DNA from: Amoebidium appalachense
Taxonomy: Eukaryota > Protista > Ichthyosporea
Assembly (NCBI GenBank): GCA_963693365.1
Contig: CAVNZM010000001.1
Span: 16,549,840-16,613,839 of the forward strand
DNA length: 64,000 nucleotides
Direction of reading: 5' to 3'
Numbering within the stretch: the first letter of the stretch is position 1; every line of letters begins with the position of its first letter. The notes beneath the pieces are model-generated. The model searched no databases. It was not told the DNA's origin and saw only the letters and a list, made by a program, of their open reading frames with translations. A program made the position numbers and the translations under genes. Shown here piece by piece: positions 28,523 to 42,051 of the stretch.

Positions 28523-29762
28523 ACATGTCGGGTTACGTTTAAACAGGGTGCCGTAAATTGCCCAAGTGAACTGCGGAATGTTACATCAGTTGCGGCAAGC
28601 GTTGCCACTGTGACTATTAGTATGGATAGCATCATGATCCCGCATGAAGGGGACTGTTTACTACTAACTAAATACCTACGTGTACCTATACTATACTAAC
28701 TGGTGCTTTTTTATTATTTTGTTTGTACGGTAAAAAATTTATGCGTACCATCACTCTTTCGGGTATGTACCGGTACCGTGGGTTACAATAGATGTACATA
28801 GATCGACATCTAGGAATGATCCCCTAGATCTAATTAGGCGATCGATCGCGACTCCGCCACCGGCCGCGTCGGAGGCAGATAAAAAACCCCATAGGTGTGT
28901 GTAAACTCCAATACTGTTACACTGTATTCACGTGCTTGGTCTTTTGCCAGAACAGGAGGATGTTCTGGCTTATACCCACAGTCCATTGCAGCTCCCAGGC
29001 TCGGGTGTGCATATGTATACTGCATGCGCGGTCATGAGTAATTATGATTCGTAATTTCTACTATTCGTGGTTCGAGCCCTGTAATGAGGATTGAAGTGCA
29101 AAGGTGCGCTCTGATTGGCTCGGTACAGCTAGAGCTGCCCAATAGCCACCTTGGCCAACCCGCCGACGGCCGAGTCGCCTTGGCTGTACAGCTGTAGTCT
29201 GTAGATATTCCCATGAAGCCTTTTGACGTCTTTCAGATATTTTTATTTTATTGAAGAGAATAGCCTGAATTCAGAAGACAATTAGCTTCCCCCGACAGGC
29301 CTCTTCTGAGACCCGGGGGAACTGGTCAATCATTCACGTTGCCTGAGAAGCCAGTGCACATATTTGAAATCTCAAGCATTCCATTTACATTCCTATCTTG
29401 TGCCAGTCTCTGTTGTGGTTGGTTGGAAATGCCAGCCTGGGCCCACTGGCCCTTCAGCCTGAGCCTTGTTGGTGTCACCGATTCTTGATCAAAAAGTGCC
29501 GGGAACCACCGTCTAATTAGGTAGTTACCACGGGCTTCTAAGACTTCTTGAAGTTTCACTTAGGGGACTTCAGGATGATTATATGTAGTGGCTTTTTCAA
29601 GAGACTTTCTGACAAAAATCAATTTCATAATGCCTATTAATTGATTATGTCAATAAAATAATATTCAATGCCATGGTTGATAGGCTGCAGCTGGGCACCG
29701 CCACCGCGGCCGCGTATGGGCCTTAGCCTCTAAAGCTGTCAAAATCGATCGGTCCAAAATCC

Positions 29763-30078
29763 CCCTGATAGTTCCTCTCGCTATCTCACTCCCTCTTTCT
29801 TTTCTCTTCCTGTTTTTTCTGCCTTTTCGCGTTATTACCATACGCAGTATAAGTTTCTTTCTCACCTGATTCTTCCTCTCGCTATCTCACTCCCTCTTTC
29901 TTTTCTCTTCCTGTTTTTTCTGCCTTTTCGCGTTATTACCATACGCAGTATAAGTTTCTTTCTTGTTCTGAACCTGATTCTTCCTCTCGCTATCTCACTC
30001 CCTCTTTCTTTTCTCTTCCTGTTTTTTCTCCCTTTTCGCGTTATTACCATACGCAGCATAAGTTTCTTTCTCGTTCTG
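29763..30078. repeat. ~100-108-bp tandem repeat, 3 copies, inside the LINE ORF1 region
   Basis: cctctcgctatctcactccctctttcttttctcttcctgttttttctgccttttcgcgttattaccatacgcagtataagtttctttct occurs three times. Confidence 0.9.
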
Positions 30079-31248
30079 ATAGAGAAATCAAAGGTAAAAC
30101 TCAGTCGGCATGTGTTATGTTCCTAGGCAACACCGTACTGATCATTATCGCTTTTTGGGAGCTTTGGCAGGATACATTTCTCCTGCTGTACGTATGGATA
30201 CCACCCTAGTAGATAAGTCTGTATGGTTCTCTGATGTTGATATGGCCTGGGAAGTTGTGCAGTGGCGTTGTAATTCTTGTTTTCATCGCCGCTGGTGCCA
30301 CTTTTGTGCTGAACTTTTTAATCGCAAGCATGTTGATACACGTGTGAGTTTTTATGTCGCGTTTTACCTCTTTCCCTACGGGTGTCTGCTACACTAGCTG
30401 GCAATATGAACCCTTCCGTACCCGCAGATCGATAATCGCCGCGCCCGTTGGCTCATTTTGACTCATTTAACCCCGATTATCTGCGGATTGCGGACCGAAA
30501 ACCGATCGGAGATAATCGTATGGCAAGTGGACAGAATTCGTGATTGGCTGGATTCGATTTTTAGCGGCGGCTACCCTGGGGTGCCGCCGCGGTGGCTCGC
30601 GGTGATCTGGGGCTATCGGAGGTTAACGTTATGGAATTGAGCGGCCGGCAGCCTATCGGCAGATATTCGGAGCTCAAAAAAGTGCCCGTGATAACATTCC
30701 TTGAGATGAGTCATTGGAATTCGACTCCCTATGACGTAGCACATACCTTTGGCACGATCGGGACGAGCGCGGCGCACGCGTGCATAGCTGGAAAGGGGCC
30801 AGCTACAGGCGAAAAAAAACCAGGGCGGCCTTCGGAACCACGTGAACGGTAAAAAGGTTATTGTAGGTTACTCCAGCGCAGCTGGTATATATCATTATTC
30901 ACGTTTTATTCTAGCCGCTCTAATCCTCACTTCCTATGTTTCACCTTACAGTACATGCTGATGATCCGGACCAGCCTGATCTTTCGAACTTCTAGAAACA
31001 CAATACACAAAATATACACCGACGAAACTTCATCGTGTGCTACAAACAAACTTGAATACTGCTCGTATGGGTTGTCAGTCTGCAGGGTTGGCTGGCGGTG
31101 CCTGTGGGGAGTCCCAGGTTAGATAAGCATGTGAAAGCAAGGACTTCAATAACTGTTTGGTGTGTCCACCTTGTGGGCTTAATCACACACAAGCACAACC
31201 ACACACACACACGTGGAATCAGTCATCTTGCAACGGACGTGTGCACAA

Positions 31249-31895
31249 TGTCGTATCCTATTATGTATGTACTAGAGACGCGGCACTCTATTAAGTGTAC
31301 ACACACGAAAAGGAACGAACGTGTACAGAAAAACGGTAAAGTTTATTCAGACCAGGCTCCGACGGGCAAACTTAGATCCGTACGGAATGACTCTAAGTTA
31401 CCACTGAGGCCATCAAGGCCGTGCCCTACAAGATCATCATCACCTGGCCCCCTACGATGCCACATTCCATAACATTCCGATCTAACTTTATCGTGCGCCT
31501 GGACGAGCTAAGTCGATCGACTCACACTAATATATTTATCTAAGTCTCACCCCTCTCCCCTCCCCTAGTGGCACCGCAGAGTCTAATTCTACATTTCATA
31601 CTATCTCCCTCCCCCCTCCCTCCCCCCTTTCCTCTGTCATCGAAATATATAAATACGTTTGGCAGCATACACTATCAAAACTTGCCAATATTTACAAAAG
31701 GGCTTCTGCCCGAACAATCACATTCCTAAGTCCTCCTACGATCTATCCTACACACTAATTAGAATTCTATTGGTCGGCTGTCCCAGCTGACGTGGTCCAA
31801 TGCCCTGCGCCGGCAGAGGCAAGATGATGCACGCAGCTGCCAGACAGCTATCTTGAGGCCCCGGACTTGATCTTGATGATCTGTGGACCCGGGCC

Positions 31896-31929
<34 letters not shown>

Positions 31930-31980
31930 ATCTCGATCGTAGACTTAGGCTAATCTGCTGAGACGGATTAGTATATGTCA
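31249..31980 (-). mobile_element. Gypsy family A 3' LTR (732 bp), preceded by a polypurine tract at 31982-32000
   Basis: TG…CA termini and high similarity to 47379-48111. The minus-strand [21 protein letters not shown] directly precedes TGACAT. Confidence 0.9.
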
Positions 31981-32162
31981 ACTCCCCCCCCGGCCCCCGG
32001 AAAAGCTGAGTCCCACCTCAGTCACATTACATCTAACACCCCCTAAAAAGACATAGACTAATCAGTCTCCTAAAAAATTAAATTAAATAAAGTTACGAAG
32101 AAAAATAATAAATTAATCTACACCATAAGCTTGATACCTACGGAGACACCTATGATAATAAA

Positions 32163-32750
32163 TTAAATTCCTACGACTACGTTCACACTCCTCCTCGGTC
32201 TCCTCCCCCCCCCTCCCCCTCCCCCCGTGTGTCTACGTGTATTTGCATCACTCCCCCCCCCGGCCCCCTCCCCCACCGACTTTTTCACACCACGATTAAA
32301 CTGAGGAATAACTCTCTTTGGCCTAGAGGGAGCACTAGGCAACTCCCTCTGCACTAATCTAGCCTCATAAGCACGAATAGAAAACGGGCAATCCAAATGA
32401 AACTCAGGCAACCACTGATCTTCCTGATAACCTCCCTCAAAACGAATTAAATAATAATTTACCTTACCTTCCTTACCTTCGATAACCTTTTTATCCATAA
32501 TTTTATCTACTGCAGCCTCCGATACATCCACCGACCCGTCATAGTCGGGGGTGAATGCATCTAACACTCGACGGCCCTCCGGCCGTTTAACCCTAAGGGC
32601 CCTATCATAATATTCCTTTATATCATCTACATTATAAAATCTAACATCACTCTCATTATCTAACCTCTGCATTATTTCCGTCGGACCTAATAGCCACTAT
32701 TTTATGGACCGATAAAAGAGGCAACCATTTCTTACCATACTTACGGCCTT
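32163..32750 (-). pseudogene. pol: Gypsy integrase C-terminus: GPY/F region and chromodomain (chromovirus)
   Basis: KKWLPL…HKIVAI (frameshifted GPY/F), NVDDIKEY, and chromodomain VDKIMDKKVIEGKEGKVNYYLIRFEGGYQEDQWLPEFHLDCPFSIRAYE. Confidence 0.85.
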
Positions 32751-35335
32751 CATCAGCAAACTTCATCCGGCATCCGAAACCCATCTTATATATCATTTTG
32801 ATATATGGCATACCAAACCCCACCCTAAATACGTCAAAAAGAGCCTGACAAGATATCATAGAATTCCCGGATAGAACCCATCAGATCCCTATCAATGATA
32901 TCTTTGATAGGGTTCGGATTGGTTATGGTATGGCGCATATCCGAAACCCATCCTTTGCTGATATCCTTACGATATCCTTACGATATCATAGAAAACCACG
33001 ATGGTTTTGGTTTTTGACCGAAAATCTCAAAATTTCCTCATAGCATTATGATATCCATATGCTATCCTAGTGATATGTATGTTAGCAAGGTCATAATAGC
33101 TCTTTTGGATATGTTTCACATACGTTTAGGATATTGGTGCCCCAAACGATATCTGTTAGATGTCTTTGTTATAGCCTACAGATATCCCTCATTATAGAAT
33201 ATCTTAATCCCATCCAATACGCATTACATGACGATATCTACCTGATGTCGTGGGACAATACAAATTGATATCCACGTGATATCTGATGGATAACATGTAT
33301 GCTTATAAATTGAATATAATACAGATGTTGTTTTGATATCGTCTGGACATCGTTGTGATGTACCTACAACCATTTTTTTGATATCGTTATGCGCCCATGG
33401 GGGTAATACAGAAGATACCCTTGTACACAACCAGTAGGCATGTTGAAGACATCCTTTTGATATCCTTTCGGATATCCCTTTGTCCACAGGCCCAAGATAT
33501 GATATCTAATTCATATCATTGTACAGGTCGTAAGGATATGTACCAAATATATCTAAATAAAGACTTGTGATATATGTGATTGGTATGTGTAAGATGCCCC
33601 TATGTACATCAATGTGATATGCTGTAACTTATCATTTGAATATCCCGCTCTGTCTAAAACGGCAGCATTGTGGGTATCCTTTTGATATTCTTTTTGATAT
33701 CCCTTTTATATTCAATATGTTATCTGTTTTTGGTCCTACATCTCAAACATATCACAACTGCCTCTTTGCAGGCCCAAGCTACGATATCTAATTCATATCT
33801 TTGTACACGTCGTAAGGATATGTACCTGATATATCTAAATAAAGACTAGTGAGTTGTGTGATTGATATCGGTAAGATGTCGCTATGTACATCAATGTGAT
33901 ATGCTGTAACCTATCATTTGAATATCCTAATCTGTCCAGAGCAGTAGTCCACGAGGTATCATCTACATATCTTTTAGAGGCCCTTAGATTATCATTGCGA
34001 TATCCGCATAGGGATATATTTATATATCGAATTCATAAGTATATGATACATAAGCTTGCCATCCCAGTGATATCTAAGCGGCAGTATTGTGGATATTAGA
34101 AAGATATCAGAAGAACATCCGTGCAGTAGAAGGTCAGTGTCTTTTGTAAGTACATCAATGTGATATCTAAACGGCAGCATTGTGGATATTAGAAAGATAT
34201 CAGAAGAACAATCGAAAAATCCTTTAGATGTCTATTAGATGTCCGATGAGAATGGTTGCGATATACGCGCAAAGAAAATTTTTGTGATCAAGCCAGCTGA
34301 GCAATCGTTGGGAAACCCGCCAATTACTCACACGGGGCATTGCGGGGCTCATTGCGGCCATCTGAATGTGATGGTGGCATGGCCATTTATATAGGGCCAG
34401 GAAATCACTTTTCCGTTCGATTGTGGGACGAAAATCACAAAATGGCAAACCCGATTTTGATTGGTTGTTATTCTTCAAAACGGCATGCTCAGGGTCACCC
34501 AACTGTGATCAGCCAATCACGTTTCATGTTTAATTGAGATTATCGCATACATCTAATGAAGATATGTTTCTGCCATCTTTACGACATCGCAACGACCTGA
34601 TCTTCTATGGTCTGATCTTGTACATATCCCACAGGGGTCATAAACATCTCATAATGATATTTGTTAGATAAACACGCAACCACAACGGCCGCAAATAAAA
34701 CTAAATTACCCCATTTGGCAAGTGCCATGTGGAAGAGTGTAAATTGCGAACGTCCGAAACACTAAACACTAGGCAAAATAGAGCAATCTAGTAACTACAT
34801 AGTACCAATTTCGAGCATCGAAGCAGGAAAATGGTTATTTATTGCAATTTTATATTTTGTGTGTTCCGAGGATGTTACCACCTTTGAAGGTTTATTAGCG
34901 CCTGAAAAGAATACCTTACTGCATTAGGGCGGGTGCACATCACAGGCACGTGCACATTCTCCGGACACCAGATGATATATCGCAAGATATCCGTACGATA
35001 TCTAATGTATGTATTATTGATATCATTCTATTCTCATGCATCGTAGTTATAATGAACGTTACCATTTTATGACTATTTATGATATAAAACGCTAGTTACG
35101 CTTGTGCTTTCTATAACCGGTAACGCACGTTAACATTATGCCTCCGCGCGCGTGAACTACAAAGTATGTGAAAACTGCAACGTAGTGATACACACTCTTC
35201 TTCTGAACCTATGTCGTCAATCATGACACACACACACACACACACACACAGCGAGACACGCACGCTGCCACACACACACACACAAACACACACACACAGA
35301 GAGAGATACACACACACAGACAGACACGTTGCCCT

Positions 35336-35366
<31 letters not shown>

Positions 35367-35399
35367 GCCACACACACACACACACACACAGGCACGTTG

Positions 35400-35480
<81 letters not shown>

Positions 35481-35508
35481 ACCCACACACACGTTACCAT
35501 GCGCACCT

Positions 35509-35571
<63 letters not shown>

Positions 35572-35640
35572 ACACACGTACATACACACACCCAAACACA
35601 TGCCCGTGTGCACGTACATCGGTAGACACGAACGCGCGAG

Positions 35641-35672
<32 letters not shown>

Positions 35673-38600
35673 GTGTTCACATAAAGACAGGGTACACCAC
35701 GGTTGCCTCGATATTCCTCTGTTCTTTATCTACACATTCTCGGCTCACTCTCCCGTTCATAAAATATCTCCTCCCTTGTAGCACCTTGTAGCATAGTATA
35801 TGTACATATGTTACCTAGACATTATTGGTTTTTCAATAACTACCCACAGAACAGCCTCTAGCACGAGAAATTTACCACAACGTTTATGGGGTGGATGGTG
35901 AATGTGCCCCTGGAGTACGAGGGTCACACGAAAAAAACACAAGAGCCGAAATTCCAGCCTTCTTCAAAGTAATGTGCCCCTGGAGTACGAGGGTCACACG
36001 AAAAAAACACAACATTGTAGCTCGAATAGAACCCCCTTGTAGCATAGTATAAGTACATGTGTTACCTAGACATTATTCGTTTTTTCAATAACTACCCACA
36101 GAACAGCTTCTAGCACGAGAGCTTTACCACAAAGTTTATGGGGGGGATGGTGAATGTGCCCCTGGAGTACGAGGGTCACACGAAAAAAACACAACGTTGT
36201 AGCTCGTATAGAACCCCCCTTGTAGCATAGTATATTGCAGGGAAATGTACATAGTATGTTACCTAGACATTATTGGTTTTTTCAATAACTACCCACAGAA
36301 CAGCTTCTAGCACGAGACATTTACCACAAAGTTTATGGGGGGGATGGTGAATGTGCCCCTGGAGTACGAGGGTCACACGAAAAAAACACAATGTTGTAGC
36401 TCGAATAGACCCCCCTTGTAGCATAGTATATGTCCATGTGTTACCTAGACATTATTGGTTGTTTCAATAACTACCCACAGAACAGCTTCTAGCACGAGAC
36501 ATTTACCACAAAGTGTATGGGGGGGATGGTGAATGTGCCCCTGGAGTACAAGGGTCACACGAAAAAAACACAACGTTGTAGCTCGTATAGAACCCCCCTT
36601 GTAGCATAGCATATGTACATGACATTGTGTTACCAGACATTATTGGTTTTTTCAATAACTACCCACAGAACAGCTTCTAGCACGAGAGCTTTACCACAAC
36701 GTTTATGGGGGGGATGGTGAATGTGCCCCTGGAGTACGAGGGTCACACGAAAAAAACACAACGTTGTAGCTCGTATAGAACCCCCCTTGTAGCATAGTAT
36801 AAGTACATAGTATGTTACCTAGACATTATTGGTTTTTCAATAGCTACCCACAGAACAGCCTCTAGGACGAGAGATTTACCACAAGGTTTATGGGGTGGAT
36901 GGTGAATGTGCCCCTGGAGTACGAGGGTCACACGAAAAAAACACAACATTGTAGCTCGAATAGAACCCCCCTTGTAGCATAGTATAAGTACATGTGTTAC
37001 CTAGACATTATTCGTTTTTTCAATAACTACCCACAGAACAGCTTCTAGCACGAGAGCTTTACCACACAGTTTATGGGGGGGATGGTGAATGTGCCCCTGG
37101 AGTACGAGGGTCACACGAAAAAAACACAACGTTGTAGCTCGTATAGAACCCCCCTTGTAGCATAGTATATGTACATAGTATGTTACCTAGACATTATTGG
37201 TTTTTTCAATAACTACCCACAGAACAGCTTCTAGCACGAGACATTTACCACAAAGTTTATGGGGGGGATGGTGAATGTGCCCCTGGAGTACGAGGGTCAC
37301 ACGAAAAAAACACAATGTTGTAGCTCGAATAGACCCCCCTTGTAGCATAGTATATGTCCATGTGTTATAGACATTATTGGTTGTTTCAATAACTACCCAC
37401 AGAACAGCTTCTAGCACGAGACATTTACCACAAAGTGTATGGGGGGGATGGTGAATGTGCCCCTGGAGTACAAGGGTCACACGAAAAAAACACAACGTTG
37501 TAGCTCGTATAGAACCCCCCTTGTAGCATAGCATATGTACATGACATTGTGTTACCAGACATTATTGGTTTTTTCAATAACTACCCACAGAACAGCTTCT
37601 AGCACGAGAGCTTTACCACAACGTTTATGGGGGGGATGGTGAATGTGCCCCTGGAGTACGAGGGTCACACGAAAAAAACACAACGTTGTAGCTCGTATAG
37701 AACCCCCCTTGTAGCATAGTATATGTACATAGTATGTTACCTAGACATTATTGGTTTTTTCAATAACTACCCACAGAACAGCTTCTAGCACGAGAGCTTT
37801 ACCACAAAGTGTATGGGGGGGATGGTGAATGTGCCCCTGGAGTACGAGGGTCACACGAAAAAAACACAACGTTGTAGCTCGTATAGAACCCCCCTTGTAA
37901 CATAGTATATGTACATAGTATGTTACCTAGACATTATTGGTTTTTCAATAGCTACCCACAGAACAGCCTCTAGGACGAGAGATTTACCACAACGTTTATG
38001 GGGTGGATGGTGAATGTGCCCCTGGAGTACGAGGGTCACACGAAAAAAACACAACATTGTAGCTCGAATAGAACCCCCCTTGTAGCATAGCATATGTACA
38101 TGTGTTACCTAGACATTATTCGTTTTTTCAATAACTACCCACAGAACAGCTTCTAGCACGAGAACTTTACCACAAAGTTTATGGGGGAGATGGTGAATGT
38201 GCCCCTGGAGTACGAGGGTCACACGAAAAAAACACAACGTTGTAGCTCGTATAGAACCCCCTTTGTAGCATAGTATATGTACATCATACGGTATGTTACC
38301 TAGACATTATTATTGGTTTTTTCAATAACTACCCACATGCGGCATGTGTTACTTTCACGTTATTGGTTTCCTAGCACGGGATATTCAGCACACAGTTGGG
38401 GATGTGGGGGCAGTGTACACCTCAATATTGGTAAGGTGGTGGGTGGGTTGGGGGGGGGGGGGGGGGGGGGGAGGGGGGGGGGGGGGGTTCCACACAACCG
38501 AAACTATCGGTGTTACAAGTGGTTCGGTCTTAGGAAGTTAGAACGGTGATTTTTTAATTAATAGCGGGAAACAATATTATCCCCATTGCATATGGGGGGA

Positions 38601-39020
38601 ACGAGGAGGGGGGGGAGGGGGGGGGGGGGGGGGGTTCACAACGAATTCTATCGACTGTGCATAATTAATGTATATTGCACATGTAGCCTGAAAGATTAAA
38701 GTGAATGTGTGTATGTATATGTGCGAGTATATTTGTGTATGCAATACATGTACAATGTTTTCGTCTTTGTAGGTGGGTGGGTGGGGTGGGTGGGGGGGGG
38801 GGGGGGGGGGGGGGGTGCGCGGGGGGGAAGAGGGAGGGGGGAGGGGGCATCATGATCAGGGATAACAGGGTGTGTGCGTGTGTGCGCTTGTGTGTGCATG
38901 TGCTGTGTGTGTTGTGTAGGTGTGCGCCTGTGTGTGTGTGCGTGCCTGTGTGTGCGCGCCTGTGTGTGTGTGTGTGTGTGTGTGTGCAGTGTGCATGTGT
39001 GAGTGTGTGTGCGTGCGCGC

Positions 39021-39051
<31 letters not shown>

Positions 39052-40985
39052 TGTGTGTGATTTCAAAGAAGTCGAAAGCGCCAGTGACACCCATGTTGAA
39101 AAAAAGACAAGCAAGCACGCTAAGAAGGACAGCAAGAAGTAACAGAAACCCTTTCATGCCGAAAAAATGGTCAAGAACAAAGAAGTGGAGGACACGTAAC
39201 TATAGTCTGATAGTTGTGACTAAGGGCACTAAGGGTAGCGCTAAGGGCACCAAGCTGATGCACGCGCGCGCGCGAGCCGAAATCTATTTTTATCTTTTTC
39301 CTAATCAGGCGCGGCGAATAGTGATTGGCTAAATCCCAATCCGGTTTGCAATTTTTTTCTCCATTTAAGCCTGTACGCACGTTGTTTTCTCCATTTCTCT
39401 TCCCCCTTCCCGCAGGTCCGCAGGTCCTTTCCCGCAGGTCGCCTGGTCGCAGGTCCCTTCCCGCAGGTCGCCTGGTCGCAGTTCCCTTCCCGCAGCGCCT
39501 GGTCACAGATCCCCTCCGCAGATCGCGCAGCCACCGTGCTGATTGTTTTGGACCATGCTGCATGCTGCAGCTTCTTCTTGAAGGTTAGTTTTGTGTTGCC
39601 TGCTTTTGTGCATATGGCGTTTGTCTGTCTGGTCTGTGTCTGTGTCTGTGTGTGTGTGTGTGTATGTGTGTGTGCGTGCGTGCGTGTGCGTGTGTCTGCT
39701 GGCTGCAGATGCACGTTGCCTTTCACGTTCATGAACCAGCGACTGTGGGCACTACTTTTGCTGTTAGCACTATAGCTATCATCCCCTCCACCGATCGTTC
39801 AAGCTATTTTCTGCTTCTCTAGACTTCATAAGTTCTGGTCCGGGTTTCCGTCCTTACTATGTTTAAGGTTGGTTCTGTCGACTCTTTTTTTGCCACTCTC
39901 AGTCAGCCCCCTCAGTCCCCCCCCCCCCCCCCCCCCCCTCCCCCCACTTCTCGCAAGTAGGATGAGCTAATTCTTAGCTCGAGTTCCTTTACAGGTTTTG
40001 GCAAGGTTGGCCCATGAAGTCATCAGCAGCTATAAGGCTACGTTATCATCTAGAGGTGGGTACTGGCTCTTTGTCCTATGGCTGCTGTTGTTTCCGTTTT
40101 TCGTTTCATAGGTGGGTACCGGCTCTTTGTCCTGTTAAGGTAAATAAAGTATGGAGGCAAGACCCTGTGGGTCTGGTTCTTTGTCCTATGGCTGCTGTTG
40201 TTTCCGTGTTTCGTTTCTGTGTTGCTCTTATAGCACATGAATGATCATGTGCATGTTTAGCACCCATAGGTGGGTACCGGCTCTTTGTCCTGTTAATTAC
40301 TCTGCCGGCATTTGGTATGGTATGGTTTGGTGTAAGAGTGCCCCCCTTATATTGTCATGTTGGGCGTCCTTTTTTTTTTTTTTTGGGCCTCATACCCATA
40401 CACACACACCTTGTTACTCTTCTGTCAAGGGATTAGCATGTGTTTAGTTTAATGATGTTGGGAGCTTCTTAGAAACCCGCATAATAGTTTGCTTGTTTTG
40501 AGTTTTGTTTATGTTCGTTGCTGCTCTTTTATACTCCTTCCCCCCCCCCCCCCCCCCCCCCCCCACACACACACACAAAAGAGTGACTTTTCTTTTTTTT
40601 TCTTTTTTTCTTTTTTTTTGTGTGTGTGTGTGCGAAGAGAAAAAGTAACAGAGCTTTTTATTATTTTTATTATTATTATTATTATTTTGTGTGTGTCTGT
40701 GTATTTATTTTGTGTGTTTTCGTAGTTCGAATAAATTGTGTGAAGACATGTCCCAAGACATGTCCCGAGGACATGTCTTTAAAAATATTTGTCTTAGAAA
40801 ATATTTGTCTTAGAAAATATTTGAAGTGACAGACACGCCCCAGTGGGACATAACCCTACGTAAAAGATAATAGATGAGTTATAGTTGACACGTTCCAGTG
40901 GGACGTGTCTGCAGAAAATGGATCTGTAATCAGCGGCTCGACGACATATGACCACGTGACAGGCAGGTTCGAAAGGGGTGAGGGG

Positions 40986-41026
<41 letters not shown>

Positions 41027-42051
41027 AAACGACATCAAACAGTGATCGGAAACGACGTCTGGATGATATCAACTTTGAAAATGGCTCAATCATATATATC
41101 AAGACATAACATAATGATATGAAAAGGATAATATAACTATATTGCGAAAATCATTCTTAATAAATCTTAATTATACCTTAAATTTATCGTTTTGATATAT
41201 GTGCTGTATGTCAAAAAGATGTGACAGAGTTATGTTAACGATATGCTACTAATATCATAAGGAATGGTTAGCTGATAAACTACTATATGTTTTAAAGATA
41301 TGTAACAGATACTAGAAAGATGTCGTGTAGAGGACATACAGCCAGAACTTCTCATATCTTTAAAGGCTCCTAAAACTATCAAAACGATATTATTACGAAA
41401 TTTCTTTTGACCCATCCTAGTTATCTTTATGTTATGAGGCTTATATCGTTATGACATTTAACGTATGATCTTTAGATAATGTTTTCGGCATCCTATACCT
41501 ATCCGTTGTATATGAAAAGGACATCTGTAAGAGTATCTTATAGATGTATTACCATATACGAATCCTCCTATAATGACCTCGAAATGATATCATATAGATA
41601 TATATGTATCTTATGATCGATTATCATATATATCGTAAGGATATGTGATAGCTACCATAAGGATATGGGGAAGGGCTCCTAATCCGCTCTTAGAGATATC
41701 TTTATTATGTCTAAAACGCTTCTGAACATCAGACTAAAAACATTTTATGATATCAAATAGACTATCATAATGGTATCATACGGATATAACGAGGTTGTTG
41801 AATACATGGAATACAGGATAGAACAACGATGGGTTCAGGGTGCTCCGTATGAGCCCATTATGAGATCATTTAGATATCTAGCAAAAGATACCAAAATGAT
41901 ATCCAGAAAATCCGTGATAGCAAAACGATGCTGTTATGTTATCTAAAAGACAAGAGGGGGATAAAGAGTGGCAAAAAGATGGGTTTATGGGTTTATGATA
42001 TCTTTAATGGGGTTTTAATGGGTTTCGGATGCCGGATGAAGTTTGCTATTG
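32751..42051. mobile_element. 9.3-kb non-autonomous TIR DNA transposon, CACTA/EnSpm (CMC)-like
   Basis: 29-bp TIR AGCAAACTTCATCCGGCATCCGAAACCCA at 32755-32783, inverted at 42019-42047. Both arms carry 1-2 kb dense in GATATC-type palindromic subterminal motifs. No transposase ORF. It interrupts Gypsy pol. Confidence 0.8.
35785..38337. repeat. ~185-bp tandem satellite, ~14 units, with higher-order duplication
   Basis: Unit starts (ccccttgtagcatag) at ~36032, 36214, 36410, 36593, 36781, 36966, 37149, 37334, 37515, 37703, 37889, 38074 and 38257. Confidence 0.95.

Larger units (their letters stand above)
26127..30400 (-). mobile_element. Non-LTR retrotransposon (LINE), decayed ORF1/endonuclease, boundaries approximate
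   Basis: Intact RT ORF at 26405-28522. APE-like fragment (YGVFYLPP) at 28834-29025. Stop-riddled upstream region. A-rich tail candidate at ~26127-26143. Confidence 0.7.

Noticed and set aside
26009-30715. ATGAGTCATT at 26009 and 30706 as a LINE TSD
   Set aside because: It is an AP-1-like palindrome that also occurs at 25912, and no tail abuts it. It may be coincidental.
30955-31040. CTGATGA…GAAA as a hammerhead ribozyme
   Set aside because: Stems I-III cannot be formed around the core.
32800-35100. GATATC excess as evidence of RIP or CpG decay from GACGTC
   Set aside because: GACATC/GATGTC variants exist, but without a consensus the motif may be natively GATATC. LTR-LTR differences include many transversions, unlike RIP.
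35785-38337. CRISPR-like regularity of the array
   Set aside because: Whole units repeat with no unique spacers, the context is eukaryotic and there are no cas genes.
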